Of a DNA stretch of 64,000 nucleotides, positions 36,843 to 46,250 are shown piece by piece. The stretch comes from Candidatus Latescibacterota bacterium (GTDB lineage: Bacteria > Latescibacterota > UBA2968), in NCBI GenBank assembly GCA_965222605.1, contig OZ244960.1:5120001-5184000 (forward strand), given 5' to 3'. How positions within the stretch are numbered: position 1 is the first letter of the stretch; each line of letters opens with the position of its first letter. Below the pieces are notes generated by a model that saw only the letters and a program-made list of their open reading frames with translations, searched no databases and was not told where the DNA came from. A program made the translations under genes and the position numbers.

Positions 36843-37098
36843 AGCACAACATCCTTGATGGGGGCGTATATCTTGACCGTGCGCGGGCTCTTGATGTGGT
36901 TTTGCCACAGAGGTCACGGGGAATGACCAGGTTTTTGGCTGAATCAGCTCAATATACTCTGTATTTATGGTGAGCAATACTGAAATCGAACTGGGTAAGG
37001 CAAGCGTTATTGTAATATTACAATAACTTAGAGTAATGGTAAAAGGAATGGGGATCAATGGGGGCTACAGGTAGCAACTCTAAGAGTGGCTGTGAAAT

Positions 37099-39249
37099 CT
37101 ATTTTGTAAGCAACATTTTGTGTACGAGCACATCTGAACCGGCTTGCAGGCGATACAAATATATGCCCGTACTTACCTCGCGCCCAATCTCGTTGCGTCC
37201 ATCCCATACCACGGTATAGTTCCCGACAGGTTGGAAATGCCGAACCAGCAACCTGATCTCCTGCCCTAATATATTGTAAATAGCCAGCCGCACATCTGTT
37301 GCCTCGCGTAAAGAATAGCGAATAGTAGTGGTCGGGTTAAACGGATTTGGATGATTCTGACCCAACGATGCTTTTGGGGGCTTTGCAGCGAGTTTGGTTG
37401 CACTTTCTATCTTGGACATTAGAACCATCTGACCACCTTGAATCAGACCTTCACTTTTGATAATGCCATCGTATATACTATGAGCCTGTATATTGGTAAT
37501 GAGTAGCCGCTCGCCGGGTTGTGTGTCAAACAAACCGGTTACATCAAGCACGCCCGAGGTTTCCCAATCTCCCAGATCGTCTGGATCGCTGTCGGTTTGC
37601 CCGGGTGGCAATACAGATCGATTCACAACGGCAATGCGCGTGAGTTGTCCATTGTTGGGATTCAATTCCCATATGGAAGCTTCGATATTGCTCACGCCAC
37701 CAAACGTATTATTTTTCGTTGAACGATCTTCGTTAATATAAATCATCCCGTTATCAGCCCAGTCCAAATTGTCGGGACTGCGTAACCCAAAGTCTGAATC
37801 CGAAAACTGACCTCCACCTGCATCGTCACCATCGTAGAGAATGTCAATTTTAGCAGACAGATTGGAAAAATCAATATCAATCAAGTATGTGGTGCCCCAG
37901 TCATCAGAGGCAAATAACTGACCGCGACCGGTTGAGGCCAACACGGCCTGTGTGCCATCTTCTGGATTGGTTGACACATCTTCTGGGCGCGAAAATTTGA
38001 ATGTACCAACACCATCGGCCAATGCATCCTGCATGGACTGTGTAGCAAAACCCAGTGCATCGTAACCCATTGTACTGGCTCGGCTGGCGTCATAATGGTC
38101 AATTTTTATAAACTTGCCCGTGCGACTTGTGCCCGTGCCATTCCACGCGTCGGGATCCCGATCGCCATTATCGGCTACCCAGACATATAACTCGCCATTG
38201 GCAAGACCATTGCGCTGGACAAACCCACCTGACATTTTTGTACCCATATACAAAATTAGAGGCGCTCCCGTGCGGTCATCGCCAGCCAGAACAGCAACCC
38301 GATCAGAACCAGTGTCCAATAGCGTCACATTCTCCCAGGCGGCTTTGCCCAGCCAGGGGAGCGCGTACAAAACGCCATTTTTCACATCTAAGGCATACTC
38401 TAAACCACCGCTGGAAACTTCCTCGCCCGTAAAATAAATATCATCCACCAGTCCGTATTCGCCAGACTGAAACAACGCACTGGAACACAAGCGGCGGAGC
38501 CCCAGACCACTATTGAGTTGGGAAGCGTTTCTGATTATCTGACCATTTGCGCCAATAATGGTATCATAGGCCAGGCCAGCTCCCATAAGCTGGCGGGTCA
38601 TTGAATTGATATCAAAATAACTCACGCGCGCACCGGCCAATCTCGCGCCGCTTTTGAGACTGTAGGCATAGCCAATAGCACCGTACAGTTCGTGATTTAC
38701 ATATACGCGCACCCGTCTATTGCCCATTTTGATTGCGCCGATGCCGTCCAATATTCCCGGTGGTATATATCCATTCACGGATTCACCCACGGTAAATAAC
38801 GGCATGATGTTCCAACCGTCTTGAGACGTCATCATTGCAGGTACAATTGCAGGTACAGAAGTATCTGTTGTTGTGAGGTTGATAAATCGCACATTCCCAC
38901 TCAAATCGATCTCATAAGTTATGAGTCTTCCAGGTGTGAGTGGAATGCTGGACCAGCGAGCAATGATTTCACCATCTGTCGAACGCACCCGTGCTTGATA
39001 CATCCCGTTTACGCTGCTGAGAGCATCCGCTATTACCGTCACCACGGCGTGGCCCCTGTCGTCTGTGGTAGCCTGCCACATGCTATAGTCGGGCGCCTGG
39101 CCGGCAATTGAGCGGGAAATTTCCACTGTCAGCCCGCTTATATTGCCATTATCCACAACATGCACTTCCACCAGTCCGACTGCCCGGGCAGGCAATGGGC
39201 ATAATGCGAGTGCGACAAACATCCACAGAAACACAAATCGTTTCCACAT
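37099..39249 (-). CDS. Secreted PhoX-like (DUF839) alkaline phosphatase with extra N-terminal domain and FlgD-Ig/T9SS-type CTD
   Basis: AAGGAG RBS, signal peptide. Motifs DGIGA, VNHE, LCS, TGEE, G...WEN, FSRPED, SPDNL, NED, WETSG, NIQAH. CTD LGQNHPNPFNPTTTIRYSL..IYNILGQEIR.L..WDGRN..G..VSTGIYLY..KMLLTK. Confidence 0.72.
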   Translation of the reverse strand: MWKRFVFLWMFVALALCPLPARAVGLVEVHVVDNGNISGLTVEISRSIAGQAPDYSMWQATTDDRGHAVVTVIADALSSVNGMYQARVRSTDGEIIARWSSIPLTPGRLITYEIDLSGNVRFINLTTTDTSVPAIVPAMMTSQDGWNIMPLFTVGESVNGYIPPGILDGIGAIKMGNRRVRVYVNHELYGAIGYAYSLKSGARLAGARVSYFDINSMTRQLMGAGLAYDTIIGANGQIIRNASQLNSGLGLRRLCSSALFQSGEYGLVDDIYFTGEEVSSGGLEYALDVKNGVLYALPWLGKAAWENVTLLDTGSDRVAVLAGDDRTGAPLILYMGTKMSGGFVQRNGLANGELYVWVADNGDRDPDAWNGTGTSRTGKFIKIDHYDASRASTMGYDALGFATQSMQDALADGVGTFKFSRPEDVSTNPEDGTQAVLASTGRGQLFASDDWGTTYLIDIDFSNLSAKIDILYDGDDAGGGQFSDSDFGLRSPDNLDWADNGMIYINEDRSTKNNTFGGVSNIEASIWELNPNNGQLTRIAVVNRSVLPPGQTDSDPDDLGDWETSGVLDVTGLFDTQPGERLLITNIQAHSIYDGIIKSEGLIQGGQMVLMSKIESATKLAAKPPKASLGQNHPNPFNPTTTIRYSLREATDVRLAIYNILGQEIRLLVRHFQPVGNYTVVWDGRNEIGREVSTGIYLYRLQAGSDVLVHKMLLTK

Positions 39250-39733
39250 TACAAAACTCCTTAAAAAAAGTGAACCATCCCCGCAGAGGTACTATTGCAT
39301 CGTGGCGTAAGTCATACGCCATATAGAAGTGAACAGCAAAACCTTCTGGATTGCGGCTTAAACCATGCCGCAATGACAATCGCAAGTAAGATTAATATGC
39401 ACAATCTTTTTTACCGAGATGCACTATGCACTTTGCGGTGCGTGACTGAACGGTCATTCGATTTTTTTTGTGCGAAGAGTATATTCGCTATCCGGTGGCA
39501 TCAGAATCCATTTTGGACTGCAACATATACTGTCAAGAATAGATAAAATTTGTAGGACCACATATAATAATATAATATTTGAGTTATATATAAAAATCGA
39601 TTTCCAAAGAGGGAATCAACCTTTGTACCGATCTTGTCCGTTGATTTTACGCGCCAAATAACCTATTTTCTTCGCACATTTTATACACGGAGATCCGATT
39701 CTAATAACGCGTAGTTGAGCGGTAACCATTTTT

Positions 39734-40570
39734 ATGCATTGGCTCTTTTTTTCTATTATACTCGATTTCGGTTTTGTTCAGCTTTTCAAGCTCGGACAAA
39801 GACGCGGCTATTACGCGCCAGTGGTTATTACTACCAACTACCTTGTTTTAGCTCTCGCAATCGCCGTTTATCTCCTCATTACCGATGCGTGGACATTTCC
39901 CGCACTTGCCCTTTACACGGGGTTGGGAGCTGGTACGGTTTTTATCAGTTCCATGTTGCTGATGAATCACGCGCTTACTCTCGCGCCTATTGGTTCTGTG
40001 GTTACGGCTTTCCGAATGTCCATTGTCGTGCCCATTGTGCTGGGCATTTATCTCTGGGGCGAATCCATGGCCCCAACGCAGTTTGTGGGGCTGCTTCTCG
40101 CGCTCAGTGCTCTGGCACTTATGACTTCTCATCCGGGCAGAACCGCGCATGTCAGAGGCATAAAAGCATTTGGTTTGCTCATCGCGGTTTGTCTCTGGCA
40201 AGGCGTAAGCCATACGTGTTTGCGGTCTGTTCACTACAATGGTCTCGATAGTGTCTTTTTGCACGTTCTGATGTTTATTGGTACGACTGCCGCACTGATG
40301 GGTAGTGTTGTCATCATTTTTAAAAAACACCGACCACAACGGCCTGCGGTTAAACTCGGCATTTTTATTGGTCTTTACAATGTTCTGGCACTTTGCGTCA
40401 TTATGACCGCATTAAGCAAGTTGCCGGGCACGCTTTTTTTTCCGACATTGGGATGTAGTGTTGTTGTGCTGGATAACCTCTTTGCCCATTTTTACTGGAA
40501 AGAACGCCTCGCCCGACCCGCTATTGCCGGTGTGGGTATCGCTGTTCTTGCCGTTCTTCTGGTTTTGTGA
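39734..40570 (+). CDS. EamA/DMT-family transporter
   Basis: 278 aa with ~10 hydrophobic helices in two repeats, each ending in ..WGE.. or ..WKERL. Confidence 0.8.
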   Translation: MHWLFFSIILDFGFVQLFKLGQRRGYYAPVVITTNYLVLALAIAVYLLITDAWTFPALALYTGLGAGTVFISSMLLMNHALTLAPIGSVVTAFRMSIVVPIVLGIYLWGESMAPTQFVGLLLALSALALMTSHPGRTAHVRGIKAFGLLIAVCLWQGVSHTCLRSVHYNGLDSVFLHVLMFIGTTAALMGSVVIIFKKHRPQRPAVKLGIFIGLYNVLALCVIMTALSKLPGTLFFPTLGCSVVVLDNLFAHFYWKERLARPAIAGVGIAVLAVLLVL

Positions 40571-40582
40571 AAGGAATTCTCC

Positions 40583-41920
40583 ATGAGCCGACCAAATATT
40601 GTTTTTGTATTCGCCGATGACTGGGGTTGGGGCGATTTGAGTTGTTATGGACATCCTCATGCCAAGACGCCAAATCTGGATCGCCTCGCCGCACAGGGGA
40701 CCCTTTTCTCTCAGTTCTACGTTTGCTCTGGGGTTTGTTCCCCAAGCCGCGCCGCTGTTATGACCGGGCGTTTTCCAGCGCACTGGGGCATACACGGGCA
40801 TTTTGCGCAGAACGAGCAAAACGCGGCACGGGGTATGCCCAATTTTCTCGATCCCGATGCGGTTACAGTCACTGGTCTGTTACAACAAAGCGGGTACGCA
40901 GTGGGGCACTTTGGCAAGTGGCATCTCGGTAGCGGCGCAGGCGCACCTGGTCCTTATGATTACGGTATTGACGAGTCCAAGATCAATGTGGGCAATGGTC
41001 CATTGCTCGATTTTACCGATTTGCAGACTGGCGAGGGCCGCAGCCGCTCTACGGAGGTGATTATTGATGAAACCATTGGTTTTATTGAGCGCAACAAAAA
41101 CGAGCCTTTTTTTGTTCAGGCATGGCTCAATGATACCCATGCGATTCTCGATCCCACAGAAGAACAGATGGAACCCTACAAGCAATTCACGGCGAATGGC
41201 CTGGAAGATAAACACAAGGGCGCGTTGCGGATTTACTACTCGGTTGTCACAAATGCAGACCGCCATATTGGCCGGCTGATGGATAAACTCGACGAATTGA
41301 ATTTGAGCGATAATACCATTGTCATTTTTTCTGCGGACAACGGTCCCGAAGATATCCATATTCGCAATGCTACGCACAGCGGCGTCGGTTCTTCCGGCCC
41401 TTTCCGCGGTCGCAAACGCAGCCTCTACGAAGGCGGGGTGCGTACGCCTTTTATTATTCGCTGGCCCAATGGCGTTTCTGCCGGGCGCATTGATAATGAT
41501 ACGCCGCTTTGCGCGGTCGATTTTTTGCCCACTTTTTGCAATCTGGCTGGCGTTGATATCGATGGTCTGGTGCTCAATGGGGAAGACATGACCGATGCTC
41601 TGCGCGGTCGCAGTATTGAAAGAAAAAAACCGCTCCTGTGGGAATGGCGGTTCAATATTGCCGGTCACTGTTTGCACAAAAGTCCCATGCTTTCCATTCG
41701 AGAAGGCGATTGGAAATTGCTTTTAAATCCCGACCGCAGCCGCGTCGAACTCTTCAATATTCCACGAGATCCGATGGAACTCAACAATCGCGCAGAATAT
41801 ATGCCAGAGCGCGTCGCGCAAATGGCTGATCGGGTGCTCGCCTGGCAAGATACCCTGCCCGAAGGTCCAATTGATGACAATGCGGGATCCAATGCGTATC
41901 CCTGGCCCGGTACGTTTTAG
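40583..41920 (+). CDS. Cys-type formylglycine-dependent sulfatase (arylsulfatase A-like)
   Basis: AAGGA RBS. RPNIVFVFADDWGWGD, TPNLDRLA..G, CSPSRAAVMTG, GKWHLG, DNGP, G.K.SLYEGGVR.P. Confidence 0.92.
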   Translation: MSRPNIVFVFADDWGWGDLSCYGHPHAKTPNLDRLAAQGTLFSQFYVCSGVCSPSRAAVMTGRFPAHWGIHGHFAQNEQNAARGMPNFLDPDAVTVTGLLQQSGYAVGHFGKWHLGSGAGAPGPYDYGIDESKINVGNGPLLDFTDLQTGEGRSRSTEVIIDETIGFIERNKNEPFFVQAWLNDTHAILDPTEEQMEPYKQFTANGLEDKHKGALRIYYSVVTNADRHIGRLMDKLDELNLSDNTIVIFSADNGPEDIHIRNATHSGVGSSGPFRGRKRSLYEGGVRTPFIIRWPNGVSAGRIDNDTPLCAVDFLPTFCNLAGVDIDGLVLNGEDMTDALRGRSIERKKPLLWEWRFNIAGHCLHKSPMLSIREGDWKLLLNPDRSRVELFNIPRDPMELNNRAEYMPERVAQMADRVLAWQDTLPEGPIDDNAGSNAYPWPGTF

Positions 41921-41923
41921 AAT

Positions 41924-42325
41924 ATGGACGCACGTAAAACTGTACAGACCTATTTTGACGCGCTTACATCGAGAGATGCCCGGCGGTTAATTGCCCTTAT
42001 GTCTCGCGCGTCTTATTACGTCAAAATAGGTACAGATGAAAACGAATATATCCAGAGTGGGAAAAATATACCCGAATACTATCGTCACCATGTGGATAGT
42101 ACAGAGGATTTCACCATTACATGCGATTATCTCGATGTTCAAGAGCGCGAGGCAGTTGCATGGTTTTATACACGTCAGACCTGGGATCTCAAATGGCAGG
42201 GCCAGCGCGAAAAACTGTCTATGCGCTTGACGGGTGTTCTCGAAAAAGAAAAAGATCAGTGGAAATTTGTCCAGATCCACGCCTCACTCGGCGTACCTGA
42301 ATCAGGAGATATGCACGATGGATGA
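41924..42325 (+). CDS. SnoaL-like/NTF2-fold protein
   Basis: 133 aa. YFDAL...D, IGTD..E, VAW, RLTGVLEKE...WKFVQIHAS. Confidence 0.8.
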   Translation: MDARKTVQTYFDALTSRDARRLIALMSRASYYVKIGTDENEYIQSGKNIPEYYRHHVDSTEDFTITCDYLDVQEREAVAWFYTRQTWDLKWQGQREKLSMRLTGVLEKEKDQWKFVQIHASLGVPESGDMHDG

Positions 42326-43550
42326 ACTTGCCATTAACGGTGGCGCAAAGGCCAAAACTGTTCCGTACAATCAACCGAATAAATACACCGATGAAGAACG
42401 CGAATTGTTGCTCGAGGTTCTCGATTCGGGTAAACTGATGGGACCAGGTGGGAAAGTTGCAGATTTTGAAGCTGAAATATGTCGCGCATTCGATGTCAAA
42501 CACGCGATTATGGTGACATCTGGCACGGTTGCACTGCAAACGGCTCTTGCCGCGCTCGGAGTTTCTGAAGGCGATGAGGTTATTACCACGCCTATGACAG
42601 ATTTTGGCACGACTGCGGCTATACTCGCGCTGCATGCTATCCCGGTTTTTTCTGATATTGATCTGTCAACCCGCTTGCTCGATCCGCAAAAGGTGCGCGA
42701 GAAAATTACCGATAAGACCAGAGCTATTATTACCGTCCACATGGCCGGTATGCCGTGTGAGATGGATGCGTTTCTGGATATCAGCGAAGAGACCGGGATT
42801 AAAATTCTCGAGGATTGCGCGCAGGCACACGGCGCGACTTATCGCGGTCAATTTGTCGGTGCGATTGGACACGCTGCAGGATTTTCCATGAATGAGTCCA
42901 AGCAAATTTCCACTGGCGATGGTGGTTTTGTCACGACCAATGACGATGAGACCGCTGAAATCGCCCGCCTTTTCCGAGATAAAACTTATTTGCGCGACCA
43001 GAAACTCGAACGCGGTGTGCAACCCATTCCTTTCTTTGGCACTAATTTGCGCCCAACCTGCTTGCAAGCCGCTATCGCTATTGCCCAACTTCACAAGCTC
43101 GAATATCTCGTTGCCCGCCGCGACCAGATTGTTCGGCGATACTATGCCGAACTCGGCGACCTGCCCTATCTCGATTTTCCGAAGATAGCTGATAACGTCC
43201 ACCCTTCGTGGTGGCCGCTTGCCATTCGCTATACGGGCAGCGCGCCAACGCGGGATGAACTCGTCGATGTTTTTCGCGCCGAGGGCATTTCCATAAATAC
43301 CAGTATGTCTGCAGTTAAAAATATCCTCCGCACGGAAGTTATCCAGAAACGCAAGTACTATCCTTTAACGGACGATATTCCGACATTCTGGCAAAATACT
43401 GCGTACAATCCCGACGACTGTCCCAATGTCGATACCCTGCAAGCCACTTGCCTGCGCCTTCCCGTGAATGAACGCTATACCGACGAGGATATCGATCAAA
43501 CGATCGCGGCGGTGAAGAAGGTTTGGGCGCACTATTTTTACGCAATATAG
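42318..43550 (+). CDS. DegT/DnrJ/EryC1/StrS-family PLP aminotransferase
   Basis: Start at ATG 42318 (MDELAINGG). FE..., SGT.AL..AL.ALG...GDEVI, IPVF.DID, VHMAG.PC.MD, EDCAQAHGA, FSMNESKQI.TGDGG (PLP Lys). Confidence 0.88.
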   Translation: MDELAINGGAKAKTVPYNQPNKYTDEERELLLEVLDSGKLMGPGGKVADFEAEICRAFDVKHAIMVTSGTVALQTALAALGVSEGDEVITTPMTDFGTTAAILALHAIPVFSDIDLSTRLLDPQKVREKITDKTRAIITVHMAGMPCEMDAFLDISEETGIKILEDCAQAHGATYRGQFVGAIGHAAGFSMNESKQISTGDGGFVTTNDDETAEIARLFRDKTYLRDQKLERGVQPIPFFGTNLRPTCLQAAIAIAQLHKLEYLVARRDQIVRRYYAELGDLPYLDFPKIADNVHPSWWPLAIRYTGSAPTRDELVDVFRAEGISINTSMSAVKNILRTEVIQKRKYYPLTDDIPTFWQNTAYNPDDCPNVDTLQATCLRLPVNERYTDEDIDQTIAAVKKVWAHYFYAI

Positions 43551-43634
43551 CGCGCGTTGTTTGTTGTCTTGACCAATTATCCGAAACTGAGTAAATTGCC
43601 CGTCACAAATCTACAACAACTGGTAAAGCTAACC

Positions 43635-44456
43635 ATGACCTTAGATATCGAATCCGGTATTCGTCGCCCCAAAATTGACATGCACTGCCATGTCTGGCTT
43701 ATGGATGGGTGGGAGCAGTCCGCTGATCAGCTCGTCGCTTCGGGCGATATGCTCGGTATTACCGAATACTGGTGTTCTTCCATTATCCAGCAGGGCATTC
43801 TGGCACCTGTTGAGGATGTGCCCCCTCACAACGATACTATTTTGAGCGCGATGGCGCGCCATCCCAAACGCATTCGCGGCTGGTGCTTTGTTATTCCCGG
43901 TCATTTTCAAGACGCCATAGACGAGGCTGAGCGCTGTCTTGACGCGGGCATGATTGGCATTAAGCTCTACAATCAGTACCGAATCAACGATCCGGTCTTA
44001 CACCCCATTCTCGAATTGGCGACCGAACGCCGCGTGCCCATTCTTCAGCACGCCGGATACCCCGTTCCGGAACATCGCGCAAGCCAGCCGCTCATTTCAC
44101 ACGGCATTCACTTTAGCGAAGCCAGTGAAAAATATCCCGATGCGATTCTCATTCACGCCCATATCGGAGGCGGAGGCGATTGGGAACACACGGTGCGCGA
44201 AATGCGCCAGGCGTCTCCCAATGTTTATATCGATGTGTCGGGTAGCAATCTGGACGATGGGCAGGTCGAATACGCGGTTTCAGAACTCGGCGTCGAGCGC
44301 GTGCTTTTTGGCACTGATGGCACGATGGCTGGCTCGGTGGGCAAAGTTCTCGATGCAGACCTCACCGAAGACGAACGCGAACACATTTTTTGGACCAATG
44401 CCGAGCGCATTCTCGCGCAACAGGGGGCTGCGCCCACAGAACCCCGCACCTCTTAA
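43635..44456 (+). CDS. Amidohydrolase-2 family TIM-barrel metallohydrolase
   Basis: IDMHCH, G.IGIKL, VPILQHAG, IHAHIGGG, NVYIDVSG, G.ERVLFGTD. Start reassigned to ATG 43635. Confidence 0.85.
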   Translation: MTLDIESGIRRPKIDMHCHVWLMDGWEQSADQLVASGDMLGITEYWCSSIIQQGILAPVEDVPPHNDTILSAMARHPKRIRGWCFVIPGHFQDAIDEAERCLDAGMIGIKLYNQYRINDPVLHPILELATERRVPILQHAGYPVPEHRASQPLISHGIHFSEASEKYPDAILIHAHIGGGGDWEHTVREMRQASPNVYIDVSGSNLDDGQVEYAVSELGVERVLFGTDGTMAGSVGKVLDADLTEDEREHIFWTNAERILAQQGAAPTEPRTS

Positions 44457-44473
44457 AGAAAGAATACAACCAG

Positions 44474-45271
44474 ATGCTTATAGATGTAAATGCCTGGCTC
44501 GGCACATGGCCTTTCCGATCCCTGCGCGACAATACGCCCGATGCGCTCATCACACGCCTCGACCGCTCGGGTATTGACAAAGCTGTTGTCTCTTATATCG
44601 AAGCCGCATTTCACAGGCATCCGCAATCGGCGAATGAACGGCTCGCCCGCGATGTTGAACCGCATGGCGATCGCCTTATTCCAGTTGGTACAATTAATCC
44701 CCTGTCGCCGCATTGGGAAGATGACCTGACATCCTGTATTGATCTCGGTATGAGAGGGATTCGCCTTTTTCCGCAATACCACAATTACCAGACCGATGGT
44801 GCTGAAAGTCGAAGCGTCGTTCAAGCCTGCGCTCAGTGCAATCTTCCGGTTTTTATACCACATAGACTCGAAGATGTTCGCCAGCATCACTGGATGGATC
44901 CGGGGCAGAGTCTTGACCTGACACAACTCGCCAATCTGATCGCGGCTGTACCCAGTGCAGCGATTATCATTCCCAATGCCCGTCCGCTTGCGCGGTCACC
45001 ACTCTGGATGCGAGAGGACCTGCGCGATTTGAACTGGTATTTCGATCTTTCATTGGCCGAAATTCACTATGGTCTGCACAAAAGTACCAATGCGATGAAG
45101 GATCTGGGATATTTGATTGAAGAAGGCGGTGCGAATCATATTCTCTTTGGTACGCATTTGCCCTTCTCTTATGCTGGTCCGGCTCTTGTCAAACTCGCCA
45201 CCCTGCCCGTTGATAAAGAAACGCTCGAAGATATCAAATACCGCACGGCCGCCAAACTTCTGAATTTTTAG
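44474..45271 (+). CDS. Amidohydrolase-2 family protein with degenerate metal motif
   Basis: IDVNAWLG.WPFR, G.RGIRLFP.YH.Y, LPVFI, FDLS, ILFGTHLP. Start at ATG 44474. Confidence 0.78.
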   Translation: MLIDVNAWLGTWPFRSLRDNTPDALITRLDRSGIDKAVVSYIEAAFHRHPQSANERLARDVEPHGDRLIPVGTINPLSPHWEDDLTSCIDLGMRGIRLFPQYHNYQTDGAESRSVVQACAQCNLPVFIPHRLEDVRQHHWMDPGQSLDLTQLANLIAAVPSAAIIIPNARPLARSPLWMREDLRDLNWYFDLSLAEIHYGLHKSTNAMKDLGYLIEEGGANHILFGTHLPFSYAGPALVKLATLPVDKETLEDIKYRTAAKLLNF

Positions 45272-45312
45272 ACGTTTTTTAAGATTTTCTACCAGCCTAA
45301 ACCGTCAAAAAC

Positions 45313-45358
45313 TGCTCAAACCAAATGCCCCTGTTTCTACCAATGAAACAGGGCATTT
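45313..45358. terminator. Bidirectional terminator-like hairpin (copy 1 of a ~46-bp direct repeat)
   Basis: AAATGCCC(C)TGTTTC-loop-GAAACAGGGCATTT between convergent genes. Confidence 0.65.
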
Positions 45359-45408
45359 ACTGTGTGGTGCAAAATCCACAATATTTGATAAGACCTCAAG
45401 CTCACTCT

Positions 45409-46071
45409 TCAGTTATCTACGTATTCAGCACACACCAATTGATTTAAAAAAAAGAAATCCAAATGCGCTGCCTGTAAGAGTGTTTCAAGAAGCTGATAAC
45501 CCATAATTGGAAAAGGAAATAACATAAAACGTCTATCATCAATAATTCTAAAACCAGAACTAACTAAAAGTGCCTGCATTTCTTTTAGGCTCAAGATCTG
45601 ATATATGATTGATCCCGAGAAATGACCAAATAGTAAACCCAGTTTAATTCCCAACGGAGTTGGATCAATTATTATTAATTTGCCATGAGGTTTGAGCACT
45701 CGTCGGCACTCATCAATATGGCACTGTAGATTTGACAGATGTTTAATCACTGCTGTAGAAAAAATAATATCGACGCTATTTGAAAGCAGGGGTAAAATTT
45801 CACCCGTGGCCTGAATCAGGTTTAGAATCCTCTCTTTAGCAATTTTCAGGCGATCATATCTCGTGTCAATACCTATTCCCATTTGAATAACACTGTGATC
45901 TAATATAGTTCTCAACACCTGGCCATCCGCAGTTCCAACATCAACAATTATAGCTTGTTTTGCAACATCAAGAGATTTAATCTGCTGAACCATCATCTCA
46001 GATCTTCTGTAAAGTCCAAATTTGTGAATAGTACTGGTTTGTCTTTTGCGAAGGTAGTTTTCCGTTTTCAT
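45409..46071 (-). CDS. Class I SAM-dependent methyltransferase (AT-rich)
   Basis: IVDVGTADG, GID, LPL..NSVDII, HL, RRVLKPHG.LII. Clearly AT-richer than its flanks. Confidence 0.85.
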   Translation of the reverse strand: MKTENYLRKRQTSTIHKFGLYRRSEMMVQQIKSLDVAKQAIIVDVGTADGQVLRTILDHSVIQMGIGIDTRYDRLKIAKERILNLIQATGEILPLLSNSVDIIFSTAVIKHLSNLQCHIDECRRVLKPHGKLIIIDPTPLGIKLGLLFGHFSGSIIYQILSLKEMQALLVSSGFRIIDDRRFMLFPFPIMGYQLLETLLQAAHLDFFFLNQLVCAEYVDN

Positions 46072-46179
46072 TTTTTTATGCTAAGGATTTTCTCCTTAGG
46101 ATCCTTTCTCCGAACAAGATAAAGTGTCCACTAAAACGGTTTAAATCTACCAATTTGCTGCTCAGCAGATCGATACACA

Positions 46180-46226
46180 TGCTCAAACCAAATGCCCCCA
46201 TTTCTACCAGTGAAACAGGGGCGTTT
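46180..46226. repeat. Second copy of the TGCTCAAACCAAATGCCCC...GAAACAGGG hairpin repeat
   Basis: TGCTCAAACCAAATGCCCCCATTTCTACCAGTGAAACAGGGGCGTTT versus TGCTCAAACCAAATGCCCCTGTTTCTACCAATGAAACAGGGCATTT at 45313-45358. Confidence 0.8.
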
Positions 46227-46250
46227 GAATTGGTTTTTATGGTGGTTTAA

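Noticed and set aside
36843-37058. 72-aa N-terminal extension of ceramidase-like copy 4
   Set aside because: Non-ATG start, AT-rich sequence, and family similarity begins only at MLQIG (36842).
45298-46230. Integron gene cassette
   Set aside because: The flanking repeats lack recognisable attC RYYYAAC/GTTRRRY ends, and there is no integrase.
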